The notes: generated from the sequence alone by a model not told the origin. 64,000 nucleotides of DNA from Eledone cirrhosa (GCA_964016885.1 OZ024761.1:29388001-29452000), one strand, 5' to 3'; shown: positions 39,629 through 54,725, counted from the first letter of the stretch. Numbers and translations are program-made.

Positions 39629-39865
39629 AAGTTAAATAAAAGTCAAATGATTAAAATTTAGCTTCGTTTATTACTGCTATATATATTTCAGTGACAGCCA
39701 TCTTTGGCTGTGACCTCTTCAGGCAGTTTGAATTAGTATGGTATACCATACTAATTCAAACTGCCTGAAGAGGTCACAGCCAAAGATGGCTGTCACTGAA
39801 ATATATATAGCAGTAATAAACGAAGCTAAATTTTAATCATTTGACTTTTATTTAACTTTATTTTA
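39622..39865. repeat. Perfect 244-bp palindrome (122-bp arms, no spacer)
   Basis: Centre ggta|tacc at 39743/39744; arms are reverse complements throughout by eye. Confidence 0.95.
39760..39814 (+). ncRNA. Minimal type I hammerhead ribozyme (mirror copy on minus strand at 39673-39727)
   Basis: actgc CTGAAGA ggtcacagcc-aaagat-ggctgtcact GAAAT ATAT ATA gcagt AATAAA. Confidence 0.8.
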
Positions 39866-40412
39866 CACTACTCCGGAGTAACCAAACCAACCTGCGCACT
39901 TCGTCGAGTGCTCCAGCCTGCATACTGAGGTGTTGGTATACAACCAACATAAACTCAAAATCTATATATATATATATATATATATATATTCTTACCCTTA
40001 TCTCCACCACCTCATGGACGCTAGACTTTTCCTTTTCTTTTTCTTTGTACTACCCATCTGACCAATGTCACCCTCAACTTTCCCCTGTTCCACTAGCTAT
40101 CACATCTATTCATCTCTTAAATCTTACCTCAACACCCTCACATTGTCACATAAGTGCCAACCTGTGCACCATAAGTGAGCCAAAACATCACTCCATCCCC
40201 ACCTCTACCAATTGTTGTACCCCGTCATTCTTTCATCTTCACAATCCCTTTCTTCCTTCTAATTCGTCCCCTCCCCTATCCCACACACCCAAACATTTCT
40301 TCTCACGACACCACCAATCAAAATGAAGTAAAATTGACCACCATAAATTAATGAGAACTGATATGTATTTTTCCTCTAAGCTGTAAGGGAATCATTCTAT
40401 CATTACCCTAAC

Positions 40413-40508
40413 AGAAGTCTGATGAGCTTTTGATTCTAGAGTCAGGCCTGATCGACACAGATCAAAACTTGAGCTGATCAATCGCGAAACATGTCACACC
40501 TCAATAAA
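40413..40508 (+). ncRNA. Type I hammerhead, canonical core
   Basis: agaagt CTGATGA gc...gc GAAAC AT GTC acacct c AATAAA; stem I is partly eroded. Confidence 0.7.
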
Positions 40509-40546
40509 TGTAATGAAAATTTAACACCTTGTCCATTTTATCATTA

Positions 40547-40585
<39 letters not shown>

Positions 40586-40588
<3 letters not shown>

Positions 40589-40922
40589 TCATCATCATCA
40601 TCATCATTTTTACGTCTGCTTTTCCTTGCTTGCAAGGGTGGGACGGGAACTGATTCTGGCTTAATTTCTACAGCTGGATGCCCTTCCTAACACCAACCTC
40701 ATTTACAGTGAGTGCTGGGTGCTTTTTTGCCGTGGCACCTCCATGACCACTTTGCAGTGGAATGATAGGGACCCCAGTCCCTATCATCTCATTTCTACAG
40801 CTGAGTAAACTGGAGTAATGTGAAATAAAGTGTCTTGCTCAAGTAAACAACACATCACCCGGTCTGAGAATTGAACTCACAACCTTTCAATTGCAAAGCT
40901 ATTGCTCTAACCACTAAACCAT
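40586..40922 (-). mobile_element. SINE family A, full length
   Basis: Reverse complement matches 14443-14787. Confidence 0.9.
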
Positions 40923-41043
40923 ATTAATATATATAAAATAGTTATAAAATAGTAAAAAAGAAAAAACAGTAGAAAATGCTAAAGGGATTTTCTCTCAGAA
41001 TAACATCAAAACATTTATTTACAAAATAAGAATTTCGGCATTA

Positions 41044-41080
41044 TTTGTACCAGTTTCAGCTTGTAGGCTTCTTCATAAAA
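41044..41080 (-). ncRNA. Degenerate minimal hammerhead
   Basis: Minus strand: tttt ATGAAGA agc-ctacaa-gct GAAAC TG GTA caaa; AATAAA downstream (41014-41019). Confidence 0.5.
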
Positions 41081-41448
41081 CGGAAGTGTTTAATGCAATT
41101 AAGTTGCAGATTGATAAGAACAATAAGAATATGGGGGGGGGGGATGTTTTTACATACATATATATAAAGGAAAGTTCATATTTTTGTCTGTAGTTTTCTT
41201 TCTTTCTCTCTTAGTATTGACCCTAGCTGTGTCACCATTAATATATATAAATCAGGATGGATTCAATATGAAGCTATGAAACATTTGTTCTCGGTATGTT
41301 GAACTAACTGTTGTGGAACTACTTATATATATATATATATATATATATACCCACATCTTACGTTAATTATTTTCCATTTTGACGTTATAGTCACTTATAT
41401 ATTATGAAATACCTTTGGCTTCACGCTCACAATAATTTCTATACTTTC

Positions 41449-41490
<42 letters not shown>

Positions 41491-41595
41491 TCAGGTTATC
41501 AATAATGTAGTGATAATATATCGTTACGTTAGAGATGAACAGCGTACGTGCAGGTTTGCTCAACGAGTATAAATTATATTCCGGAGAAAATGTAG

Positions 41596-42236
41596 AAAGG
41601 ATGAATATAAAATGAAAGTGCTTTTGTTAAAAAAGGAATTTATTAGGTATTGACATATGTTTCTGTAACAGACCGAATACCTATGTATCGCTGCTTGCGT
41701 AATCATATAATGTTAGCAAGTATTCGATAGCAAATGTATAATCAGTTGTCACTTCTTCAGAGATTTTGGATAAATTGGATAAAATCAGAAAAATTGAAGT
41801 ATTTATATTAGTAAAAGAGGAAGGAACAGAGGGGATAGTATATGACAGATGGTAAATTAATTTACTGCTAAACAAGTATATAATGGTTTTCTAATGAGAA
41901 TACCGTGAGTAAATCTAAATAAGAATTTTGGGAGTGCCAATTTTAATCTCTACTTGACCAACTGGACAGTGGACAGGGCTGGTCATTTGGTGCAGTAGTA
42001 TTAATTATAAAGTGTCAATTGGGGAAGGGGGAGATTTCGATTGCTACTAAATAACATCAATGCTAGTAGCCATCTCTGAAGAAGTGACAACTGATTATAC
42101 ATTTGCTATCGAATACTTGCTAACATTATATGATTACGCAAGCAGCGATACATAGGTATTCGGTCTGTTACAGAAACATATGTCAATACCTAATAAATTC
42201 CTTTTTTAACAAAAGCACTTTCATTTTATATTCATC

Positions 42237-42240
<4 letters not shown>
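41596..42240. mobile_element. IR element with 169-bp arms, each carrying a hammerhead core with a long stem II
   Basis: Arms 41596-41764 / 42072-42240. CTGAAGA at 42076, GAAAC ATAT GTC at 42173-42184, AATAAA at 42192, then (TA)n. Confidence 0.75.
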
Positions 42241-42309
<69 letters not shown>

Positions 42310-42618
42310 CGCGAACGACAAAGCATAAATGAATTGAGAGAGAGACTGAGCATAAGAGGAATTAAATGCTGTGTGCAGGAGAGGCGGTTGCGCTGGTATG
42401 GACATGTGATGCGTATGAAGGATGACAGCTGCATAAAAAGGTGCAGAGCACTAGAAGTTGATGGAAACCGCGGAGTGGGGAGACCCAAGATGACCTGGGA
42501 TGAGGTGATAAAAGCCGACCTTACCCAACTACACCTCTCAAAGACAATGACACACGACCGTGACTTCTGGCGTCACGCAGTAATACAGAGTACCCGACCT
42601 CCCATGGGTACATGCTGA
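42310..42618 (+). mobile_element. RTE-clade LINE ORF C-terminus
   Basis: ELRERLSIRGIKCCVQERRLRWYGHVMRM...GRPKMTWDEVIKADL...DRDFWR. Confidence 0.9.
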
Positions 42619-42649
42619 AGCATATAAACAATATGCCCCCACACCCCCC

Positions 42650-42917
42650 ACCGCAAGGTGGTCGTGGAGGTGCCACGGCAAAAAAGCACCCAGCCCACAC
42701 TGTAAAGTGGACGTGTAGGCGCCACGAAAAAGCACCCAGCACTCACTGTAAATGAGGTTGGTGTTAGGAAGGGCATCCAGCTGTAGAAATCAAGCCAGAT
42801 CAGTTCCTGTATGAGCAAGGCATGGTCAGCCGACCAGACACTGCACACAACAGGACAACCCGTCTAACTCATGCTAGCGTGGAAGAACGGACGTAAAACG
42901 GTGATGATGATGATGAT
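42650..42917 (+). mobile_element. SINE A 3' half with (ATG)n tail
   Basis: ggtcgtggaggtgccacggcaaaaaagcaccc...gacgtaaaacggtgatgatg. Confidence 0.75.
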
Positions 42918-43129
42918 GTATGTATAGTTAAGAAGAGCAAAATGAGGTTTCACATTGAGGTTTTTATCAATTAGGCTCAGTTACAAATGTTTCACAAGAT
43001 CCATATTTGCGTTATAAACCCAAATCCAGTCCCAATCTGCTCATCACACACACAGACAGATACACACACAGACATCATCATCATCATCATCATCATCATC
43101 ATTTAACGTCTATCTTCCACGCTAGCATG

Positions 43130-43182
<53 letters not shown>

Positions 43183-43186
<4 letters not shown>

Positions 43187-43368
43187 GTTTCTACTATTGG
43201 CACAAGGCCAGAAATTACCCAGTACATTACTGGTACTTTATTTTATCGACCCCGTAAGGATGAAAGGCAAAGTTAACCTCGGCGGGATTTGAACTCAGAT
43301 CATAAAGGGACGTAACTCTATGCTTCAAAGCATGGTGTCCGACCCTCTACCGATACTGCCAATCCACC
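43183..43368 (-). mobile_element. SINE family B, full length
   Basis: Same as 14016-14204; embedded in (TA)n. Confidence 0.85.
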
Positions 43369-44431
43369 TATATATATATATATACACATGAAGATGGAGG
43401 CTATCTTGTCAAAAGTACACATCTTCAGGAAGAAGTGTTTGTTTAGTGTTGTAATGTTGTCTCTGATTATCCATTGACGTACTGATGACATGTGTACCAA
43501 TGAAGGACAAGTATTACAACAGCACTGACAACATCCATAGCAGCAGCAGCAGCAGCGACAACATCCATAATAAATAAATAAATAAGTGAAATAAAATTTA
43601 TAGATTTTTTTTACTTTTTTTTTATTTCATAAAATCCAATTAAAAATATAATAAATTAACAATGTATTATTAACAGTATAAATGGTGGATTGGTGTTGAT
43701 GGTGGTGATGGTGGTGGTAGTGATGGTGGTGATGGTGGTGGTCATGCTGATGATGATGATGGTGGTGATGGTGATGATGTGTGTGTGTATAGATATATGG
43801 TGGCAATAGTGATGGTGGTGGTGGTGTTGGTGGTGGTGGTGATGGTGATGATCGTGATGATGGTGATGGTGATGATGTGTGTGTGTATAGATATATGGTG
43901 GCAATAGTGATGGTGGTGGTGGTGTTGGTGGTGGTGGTGATGGTGATGATGGTGATGATGCTGATGATGATGATTGTGTGTATATAGATATATGGTGGCA
44001 ATGGTAATGGTGGTGGTGGTGATGGTGATGATGTGTGTGTGTATAGATATATGGTGGTGATGGTGGTGGTGGTGATGGTGATGGTGGTGGTGGTGATGAT
44101 GGTGGTGGTGATGATGGTGATGGTGATGATGTGTGTGTATAGATATATGGTGGCAATGGTGATGGTGGTGGTGGTGGTGGTGGTGGTGGTGATGGTGGTG
44201 ATGATGGTGATGATGGTGATGGTGGTGATAACTGTTGTGGGATGAGGATGATGAGAGTGGGGATGATAGCTGTGGTGGTTGTGATGGTGGTTGTGGTGGT
44301 CATGGTGATACTCATGATGATGACAATGAGAATGATGATGATGATGGTGATGGTAAAGCTATATCGTACAGGAACAGATGACTATGATGACATCGATGAC
44401 GATGATGGTGATGATAATGATAATAATTGTT

Positions 44432-46003
44432 TCTACTTGACGAGGCGCGGACAGGGGCAAGTGATAGCTTCCTCCCACCGACCGATCGAGAGTGCCAAAA
44501 TGGTTCCGAGAGGTGGCAATTAACCTTTACCACCGAGCGTGTGCTGCTGTACATTGCAGCGCTCCAGCTTCTGAAGACAGGGCCGAAGCCAGCTGCTTTG
44601 AGGACAAACTCCAGATACCGATGGTCGACCCTATCGAATGCTTTCGATTGATCTAAATTGATCAGTGCCCCACCAAAGTCATGTTTACACCCCACGCTCT
44701 CTATGATATATCACATGAGGTGGAGATTGTCATGTATGGACCTGGCGGGGATTGCGCAAGTTTGCACTTCCCCAACCAAATCCTCGATGACAAGCGCCAA
44801 TCTCTTTGCTAACAATTTGGCCAAAATCTTAAACTCTGTGTTGAGCAGAGTTATGGGCCTGAAGTTGTCTAATGTATCCCTCTTGTTCTCGTCTTCCCTT
44901 ATCAGCGTCACCATTCCCCTGCTCACAGAACTAGGAATACTCCCATTCTGCTGCCAGTTGCAGTAGAGTGCTTCGAGGAGATCGGAGAATAAGTCTGGCA
45001 TATTTACGTAAAGCTCGTAGGGCAGGCCATCCAAACCGGGTGACTTGCGCCTCATGCAGCCAACAAGGGTGTCCTGAATTTCGGCTGAAGTAATTGGCCT
45101 TTCAGTGCTCAGCGTCGACCGTCGAGATGCGCAGCAAGCCATCAAGGTAGGGACTGAAATCCGCTACTCTCTCTGACTCGCCACTCTCCCCGAACAACCG
45201 AGCAAAGTGCTGGCGAAAGGCCTCACACATTCGCTTGGAATCGCTTATCTCGTGTCCGTCTCGGTCCGCCAAAGACCGAATTGTGGTTTTATTACCACAC
45301 CGCGCCTCCGCCACGGGGCCCATCGAACAGCTTTGGTCCCCTCATTTCTCAGAGCACACGCCTTAGCTCTGACAATGCATGCAACCTTCGTGTTTCGCAA
45401 TGAAGAAATGGTCTAATGCCATTCTCGCCACTAGCACGTCAGTTGCAATGCCACTACAAATAGCCTCATCTAACTTATCTACCAGCTCCCCTTCCTTTCT
45501 ATTTTTCTCTAACACTAGTTCTTTGCTGAACGCTATCGAAGTTACTCTAATCTCTCTTTTGATAGCGCCCCCATCTGTTGTTGATGATCCCCCCTGTCAA
45601 CTTTTGCTTAACTAAATTGTTGACTCGGTCCTTGTAAGCCTTACGTGCCGGAAATGACATGTTCAACTTCCAGTAACCCGGTCCCAACCTACGCGTTTTA
45701 TCTAGGTCGACCATACAGATCACAAATTTGTGATCTGAATAGGCAACCGTTTTAAAAAGTGGGCAGCCTACACTATTTCTATCTATTTTCCTAATGAAGA
45801 TCCTGTCTATATACAATCTAGATGACCCCATTCGGTTGGTCCATGTCCATACTGGCACATTGGGGAAATCTAGTCGATACCTGTCAGACAGTTGGAACTG
45901 GCTGAGTAGGTGCTTGAGGCTTTTGCACCCCCCGCTCCTATCAGCTACTCCCACAGAATCCCAGCGTGCGTCTAAGATACCATTCCAGTCCCCTGCTAAC
46001 AGA
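44432..46003 (-). pseudogene. Tx1/L1-clade LINE ORF2 fragment (APE endonuclease C-half + RT N-half), frameshifted
   Basis: Motifs LAGDWN, YIDRIF, YSDH, PGYWKLN, KSPGLDGLPYELY, FRPITLLNTEFKILAK and LDQSKAFDRVDH, spread over ORFs 45547-46338, 45102-45323, 44711-45145 and 44312-44695. Confidence 0.92.
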
Positions 46004-46025
46004 ATGACGATGATGATGATGACAA

Positions 46026-46061
<36 letters not shown>

Positions 46062-46305
46062 GGTTGATAATAATGATGATGATGATGATGATGATGATGA
46101 CAATGATGGTGATGATGACAATGATGATGATAATAATGATGATGATGGTGATGACAATGATTATAAGGATGATGATGTTGTTGATGATGACAATGATGAT
46201 GATGATGATGATGATGATAATGATGATGATGACAATGATGACAATAATGATGATGACGGTGATGATAATAATGATGATAATGATGATGATGATGATGATG
46301 ATGAT
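46003..46305. repeat. (ATG)n microsatellite
   Basis: Visible. Confidence 0.9.
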
Positions 46306-46516
46306 AAAAGCAATATAGTAGAGCATCTGTAATTCCATTGTGTTTCATTAATGAACATATAACTGTCTCCTCAACAGAACAAGGTAAGGAGCAGTGTGGC
46401 AGCTGTGGGTGGGTAGTGTAGGGATGAGAAGGAGGGAGCGGGGGCACAAGGTGAGGAGGGATGAAGGTGGGGCTACATTAAGGAATATTTTAAGGAATAA
46501 ACACAAAACATCAACA

Positions 46517-46600
<84 letters not shown>

Positions 46601-46709
46601 GTATATATATATATATGTATATATATATGTATATATATAAATATATATCATCATCATCATCATCATCATCATTTTACGTCCGCTTTTCCCTGCTTGCAAG
46701 GATATGTAT

Positions 46710-46817
<108 letters not shown>

Positions 46818-46854
46818 GTATATGTATATATATATATATGTATATATATATATG

Positions 46855-46885
<31 letters not shown>

Positions 46886-47199
46886 ACATATATATACATA
46901 TATATATATATACATAATACAAAAAATATATATACACAATACAGAAAATGAAAACTAAATCATATTTTAAATTCTACCACCGCTGCCACCACTACTATTA
47001 CTACTACTACTACTACTATCACTGCTACTACCACCACTACCACAACCATCACTAGTACTACTACTAACATCACTGCTACCACCACTACCACCACCATTAG
47101 CACTACTACTACCACTACTACTACCACCACCACCAATGCCAGCACCATTAGCATTACTACTACCACCACTACTACCCCCATTAGCACTACTACTACAAC

Positions 47200-48565
47200 C
47201 ACAACCACCACCAATACTACCTCTATTACTATCACTACTACCACCACAACCACCACCAATACTACCTCTATTACTATCACTACTACCACCACCAATACTA
47301 CCGCTATTACTATCACTACTACCACCACTACCACCACCAATACTACTTCTATTACTATTGCTACTACCACCACTACCACCACTACCACCACCAATACTAC
47401 CTCTATTACTATCACTACTACCACCACTACCACCCCCAATACTACCTCTATTACTATCACTACTACCACCACTACCACCACCAATACTACTTCTATTACT
47501 ATTGCTACTACCACCACTACCACCACTACTGCCACCAATACTACTTCTATTACTATCACTACTACCACCGCTATCACCACCAATACTACCTCTATTACTA
47601 TCACTACTACCACCACTACCACCACCAATACTACCTCTATTACCACCACTACCACCACCAATATACCTCTATTACTATCACTACTACCACCACTACCACC
47701 ACCAATACTACCTCTATTACTATCACTACTACCACCACTACCACCACCAATACTACCTCTATTACTATCACTACTACGACCACTACCACCACCAATACTA
47801 CTTCTATTACTATTGCTACTACCACCACTACCACCACTACCACCACCAATACTACCTCTATTACTATCACTACTACCACCACTACCACCACCACTACTAC
47901 CTCTATTACTATCACTACTACCACCACTACCACCACCAATACTACCTCTATTACTATCACTACTACCACCACTACTACCTCTATTACTATCACTACTACC
48001 ACCACTACCACCACCAATACTACCTCTATTACTATCACTACTACCACCACTACCACCACCAATACTACCTCTATTACTATCACTACTACCACCACTACCA
48101 CCACCAATACTACATCTATTACTATCACTACTACCACCACTACCACCACCACTACTACCTCTATTACTATCACTACTACCACCACTACCACCACCAATAC
48201 TACCTCTATTACTATCACTACTACCACCACCAATACTACCTCTATTACTATCACTACTACCACCACCAATACTACCTCTATTACTATCACTACTACCACC
48301 ACTACCACCACCAATACTACCTCTATTACTATCACTACTACCACCACTACCACCACCAATACTACCTCTATTACTATCACTACTACCACCACTACCACCA
48401 CCAATACTATCTCTATTACTATCACTACTACCACCACTACCACCACCACTACCACCACCAATACTACCTCTATTACTATCACTACTACCACCACTACCAC
48501 CACCACTACTACCTCTATTACTACCACCACTACCACCACCACTACTACCTCTATTACTATCACTA
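47200..48565. repeat. ~45-bp ACC/ACT-rich minisatellite
   Basis: accaatactacctctattactatcactactaccaccactaccacc, period 45 (47701 to 47746). Confidence 0.92.
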
Positions 48566-48730
48566 CAGAGTCATCATGGATTCTTATAAGGTTTCTCCAC
48601 AAGTGACCCTTGGAAGGTCTCTTAACTATTGGGGAATATTGTTTGGTTTTAATTTTACATATATACACACATATATACATATATACACACATATATACAT
48701 ATATATACACACATATATACATATACATAC

Positions 48731-48819
<89 letters not shown>

Positions 48820-50365
48820 TATACATACACATATACATATATATACACACATATATACATATATATATATATACACACATATATACATATATACACACAT
48901 ATATACATATATATACACACATATATACATATATACACACATATATACATATATATACACATATATATACATATACATACATATACATATATATATACAT
49001 ACATATACATATATATATACATACATATACATATATATATACATATACATATATATATACATACATATACATATATATACACATATATACATATACACAC
49101 ATATATATATATATACACATATATACATATACACACATATATATATACATATATATACATACACATATACATATATATATATACACACATATATATACAT
49201 ATATACATACACACTTATACATATATATACATATAAACATACACATACATACACATACACAAAAAAATATATACACACGTACATACACACATATACATAC
49301 ATACCTACATACAAATACATACATATACATACACATACATACCTTCATACATACACGCACACATATATATATTCATATACAAATATATATATACATATGT
49401 TAAATGATGATGATGATACACACACATACACGCACACCTACACACACATAGCTACACACATGCACACAAACACACACACACCTACATACACAGACACACA
49501 CCTACACACACATACCTACACATATACACACACAGACCTACATACACAGACACACACCTACACACACATACACACACCTACATACACAGACACACACCTA
49601 CACACACAGACACACACCTACACACATGCACACACACACACCTACACACAAACACACACACCTACATACACAGACACACATACACACACATACCTACACA
49701 CATACACACACACCTACACACATACACACACACCTACATACACAGACACACACCTACACATAATACACACACACCTACATACAGACACACACCTACACAC
49801 ATGCACACACACACACCTACACACAAACACACACACCTACATACACAGACACACACCTCCACACACATACCTACACACATACACACACCTACACACCTAC
49901 ACACACAAACACCTACATACACAGACAAACACATCTACACCTACACACACATACACTCACTGTATTTTTCCCTTTAAAAAGAAAACACCAAAAGAACCAA
50001 CAGCATTGGACTCCTTTATTACTCGGAAACAACTGCCAAAAAATGTAAGAAAATGTTTATTTTTAAAGTTAATTTTTTTTTAATTAACTTTAAAACTAAA
50101 ATAGGAGAGATAATTGACATGTCTTCCAATTATTGGTGTTGTTACTGTTGTTGTAGATAATGATGTTGTTTCTTGTGAAGAGAGAGAATTTAAAGCTCAT
50201 TTTGTGTATTTTTCTCGGCTCTTCCAGCCCCCCCCCCCCTACACACACACACCTATACACATACACACCCTATATATATACACGCCCTATATATATACAC
50301 ACCCTATACACCAATTGTTGTTTTGAAACAGACAAATTGGTAGACTGCAACTCTTTCACACACAA

Positions 50366-50398
<33 letters not shown>

Positions 50399-50853
50399 CA
50401 CACATTCACAATAACAAACATATACATACACATACATAGAGATACAAACATATACACAAACATATACACATATTTACATAAACATATACAGACATACACA
50501 TTCACGTACACACACATACATATATATATATACATATATATACACATGCATAAACATAAATATATGTAGACACACACACACCTACATACACACAAACATG
50601 TACATATTAATTCATAAATCCACACACATACACATAGACATATACATACACACACATATACACATACATATATATATATATACACACATAAACATAAATA
50701 TATGTAGACACACACATACACACACACAAACATGTACATATTAATACATAAATACACACACATACACATTCACATAGACATATACATACACACACACATA
50801 TACACATACATATACACAGTAACATAAATACATACATACACATACATAAGCAC

Positions 50854-51522
50854 ATCATCATCATCGTTTTATGTCCGTTCTTCCATGCTAGCATGGGCTA
50901 GACGAGTTGTCCTGTTGTGGGCAGTGTCCGGTCGGCTGACCTTGTCCTGCTCATACAGGAACTGATTCTGGCTTGATTTCTACAGCTGGATGCCCTTCCT
51001 AACACCAACCTCATTTACAGTGAGTGCTGGGTGTTTTTTTTCCGTGGCGCCTACACGTCCACTTTACAGTGTGGGCTGGGTGCTTTTTTTCTGTGCCACC
51101 TCCACGACCACTTTACAGTGAGTCCTGGGTGCTTTTTTGCCGTGGCACCTCCACGACCACTTTACAGTGAGACCTGGGTGCTTTTTTACCATGGCACCTC
51201 CACGACCACTTTACAGTGAGACCTGGGTGCTTTTTTACCATGGCACCTCCACGACCACTTTACAGTTAGACCTGGGTGCTTTTTTGCCATGGCACCTCCA
51301 TTTACAGTGAGACCTAGGTGCTTTTTTGCCATGGCACCTCCACGACCACTTTGCAGTGGAATGATAGGGACCCCAGTCCTATCATCTCATTTTTACAGCT
51401 GAGTAAACTGGAGCAATGTGAAATAAAGTGTCTTGCTCAAGGAAACAATCACCCCGTCTGAGAATTGAACTCACAACCTTTCGATTGCAAGGCCAATGCT
51501 CTAACCACTAAGCCATGCGCCT
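50854..51522 (-). mobile_element. SINE A with internal 49-bp tandem expansion (~7 units)
   Basis: Head at 51450-51522, tail at 50854; actttacagtg recurs at 51061, 51110, 51159... Confidence 0.88.
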
Positions 51523-51634
51523 TCACCAACATGCGCACACACACACAGAAAGATATACACATTAACAGGCATATACATACACATACATATACATACAAAT
51601 ACGTAGACACACACACATACATAGATACACACAC

Positions 51635-51669
<35 letters not shown>

Positions 51670-52157
51670 TTCACATATACATAGATACACATAAACATAG
51701 GCATAGATACAAACACACACAAACGCACAAACAGATACAGACAGGCTCCTTCACCCTCACGCACACACAAACACATACAAAGACACACACACAAAAATAT
51801 ATATACATCCATATACAAATACACACACACACAGACTCACAGGGGCCCCATCCTCTCCCTCTTGACACAAAATAACATTGTTAACGTATTATTCTTAACG
51901 AATTTACCTCTCACAGTTAAACTAGAAATAATCTGTGAATGTTGGTGTGTAGTATGAATACACACATTCACATATACACTTATGTAAGTATATATATATA
52001 TACACACACACATTTATTTATGTACATATATATCTATATACACACACACATTTATGTATGTATATATTATACACACACACATTTATGTATGTATATATAT
52101 ATATATATATATATATAAAGAAGGGAAAAGCGGACATAAAATGATGATGATGATATG

Positions 52158-52197
<40 letters not shown>

Positions 52198-52274
52198 CAT
52201 AAATGTCTGTGTGTATATACATATATACATACATAAATAAATGTGTGTGTATATATATATATATATATATGTGT

Positions 52275-52338
<64 letters not shown>

Positions 52339-53410
52339 TTATATAAGTATAGATATATGCATGTATATTCATGTGTGAGAGAATGTACTAAATTCATTGA
52401 TACATGCATACACACTGTAGAACAACAACACCAACACCACCAACAACAACATCACCAACAACAATGACACCAACAACAATGAAACCACCACCAACAACAA
52501 CACCACCACCACCAATGACACGATCATCCACGAACAACACCACCAACAACAACAACAACAACAACGACGACGCCATCACCCCCCCCCCCCCCCCCCAACA
52601 ACAAGAACAACACCGAAAACAACACCACCACCACCAACACCAACGCCATCACCCCCCCCCCAACAACAAGAACAACACCGAAAACAACAACACCACCACC
52701 AACACCAACAACACCACCACCAACGACGACATCACCCCCCCCCCAACAACAAGAACAACACCGAAAACAACAACACCACCACCAACACCACCACCATCAA
52801 CAATACCAACAACAACAACAACAACAACAAAAGGAGAAGACAAAGACTAAGGAATATAGCGCGAGAAAGGTGATAATTGGTTTAAGATTAAGTTATTCTA
52901 TTTATCAGCAGCTAAACAAGGTTATCAGCCTCTTTTAAATGCAATCCTTAACTTGGAAACACTCATAAAACTTATTCTTGCTTTGCCTTCTTACATGGCA
53001 AGCACGTAAACACACATTCATATACACACATACTATAGCACACAGCCACACTCACACACATTCGCTCACATCAGCATATATCACGTGCACACATCTGCGT
53101 GCATACACACACATGTACATCTATCTATTTGTATATATATACATGCACACAAATATCCATATATATATATATATACATTCACACACATATATATTTATAT
53201 ATATATATATATATATACATATTTACATAAACACACACATGATTGAGCACATATATGGATGCACAAATACATTTACAAGAACACACAGTCCTACACACAC
53301 ACAAACACACCATGTATACATCTTTTCTCACTATGTACTTTCAGTTTATGTTTAATGCTAAAACTGACAATGCTACCACCACTACTACTACTATTGCTAC
53401 TACTAATACT

Positions 53411-53444
<34 letters not shown>

Positions 53445-53447
<3 letters not shown>

Positions 53448-53735
53448 GTTTCTTTATTGGCCAGAAGGGCCCAAGACATTGGAGACATTACAAGGACAAA
53501 AATAACACAGAGACGGGGGTAGGTTACATTAAGTAAAGAAAAGGGGACATCACTGAAGAGAAAACTGTAGGAATAACAATAATAGAAATTTTTATAAATA
53601 TTCATGGTGACATTAGAACAAAATGGCGACTGACAACAAGCAACAGTTCTCCAATAGGAGAGATGGGGCAGGATAGCACTTTAGGGTAATTCCTAGAAGA
53701 GCCCTACACAAAACCCTAGATTACTCTGAATGATC
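53445..53735 (-). mobile_element. Probable LINE 3'UTR ending in AATAAA + (TTA)n
   Basis: Minus strand ends ...ggccaataaagaaaccattattatt; the same terminus recurs at 53866-53900. Confidence 0.4.
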
Positions 53736-54545
53736 ATAATAATAATAATAATAATTGTTTCTACTTTAGGCACAAGGCCAGCAATTACCCAGTGAATAAT
53801 AATAATGATTTCTTTATTTGATATTAAGTATAAACTAAGTAATAATAATAATAATAATGATAATAATGATTTCTTTATTGGCCACAAGGGCTGACATCAA
53901 GAAATAATAATGATAATAATGAAACACAAAAAGAACAATAATCACCATAACAGAAACGACAACCATAAGAAGAACCACATTAACAAATAACAATGACGAT
54001 GATGATGATAATCATGACAAAAACGACAACAATTGATCATACAAACAACGGTGATGATGATGATGTAAATAACTATAGAATGGCTGTAGATAGTACTGCA
54101 GAGAGAGAGGGGGGAAGAGGGCGAGAGTGAGAGAGAGACAGGGAAATTGTTCAATTCCTAGTCACAATCGTAGATAAGCCCCCACTGTTAAAAGCTTCTT
54201 AGCTGTGCTAAATGGACACACAACAGGCAGATAGCAGATAGACGTACATTTGCAGAGTTTTATGTTGGCATCAAAAAACTATCTTTTGTCATCCATATTT
54301 TCTTTCCACCTGGATTAGGAAGATGGTATTGTTTCATTCTGAGAGCAAGATAAAAGGAATGGGGGGGGGGAAAAGAGGGAGAGAAAGGGAAGTTGAGAGG
54401 GATGAAAGATATATATATATTCATAGATATATACATATATATACACATATATTCATATATATATACATATATATACATATATATACACATATATTCATAT
54501 ATATATATATATATATATGTATGTACATATATATATACACATATA

Positions 54546-54586
<41 letters not shown>

Positions 54587-54594
54587 ATATATTC

Positions 54595-54625
<31 letters not shown>

Positions 54626-54685
54626 CATATATATACACATATATTCATATATATATATATATATGTACATATATATACTCATATA

Positions 54686-54725
<40 letters not shown>

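Noticed and set aside
47136-49403. 755-aa ORF and other long ORFs (18460-20120, 30502-32123, 9595-10368)
   Set aside because: Translations of micro- and minisatellites (YI, CV, LS, LPP repeats) with no protein-like complexity.
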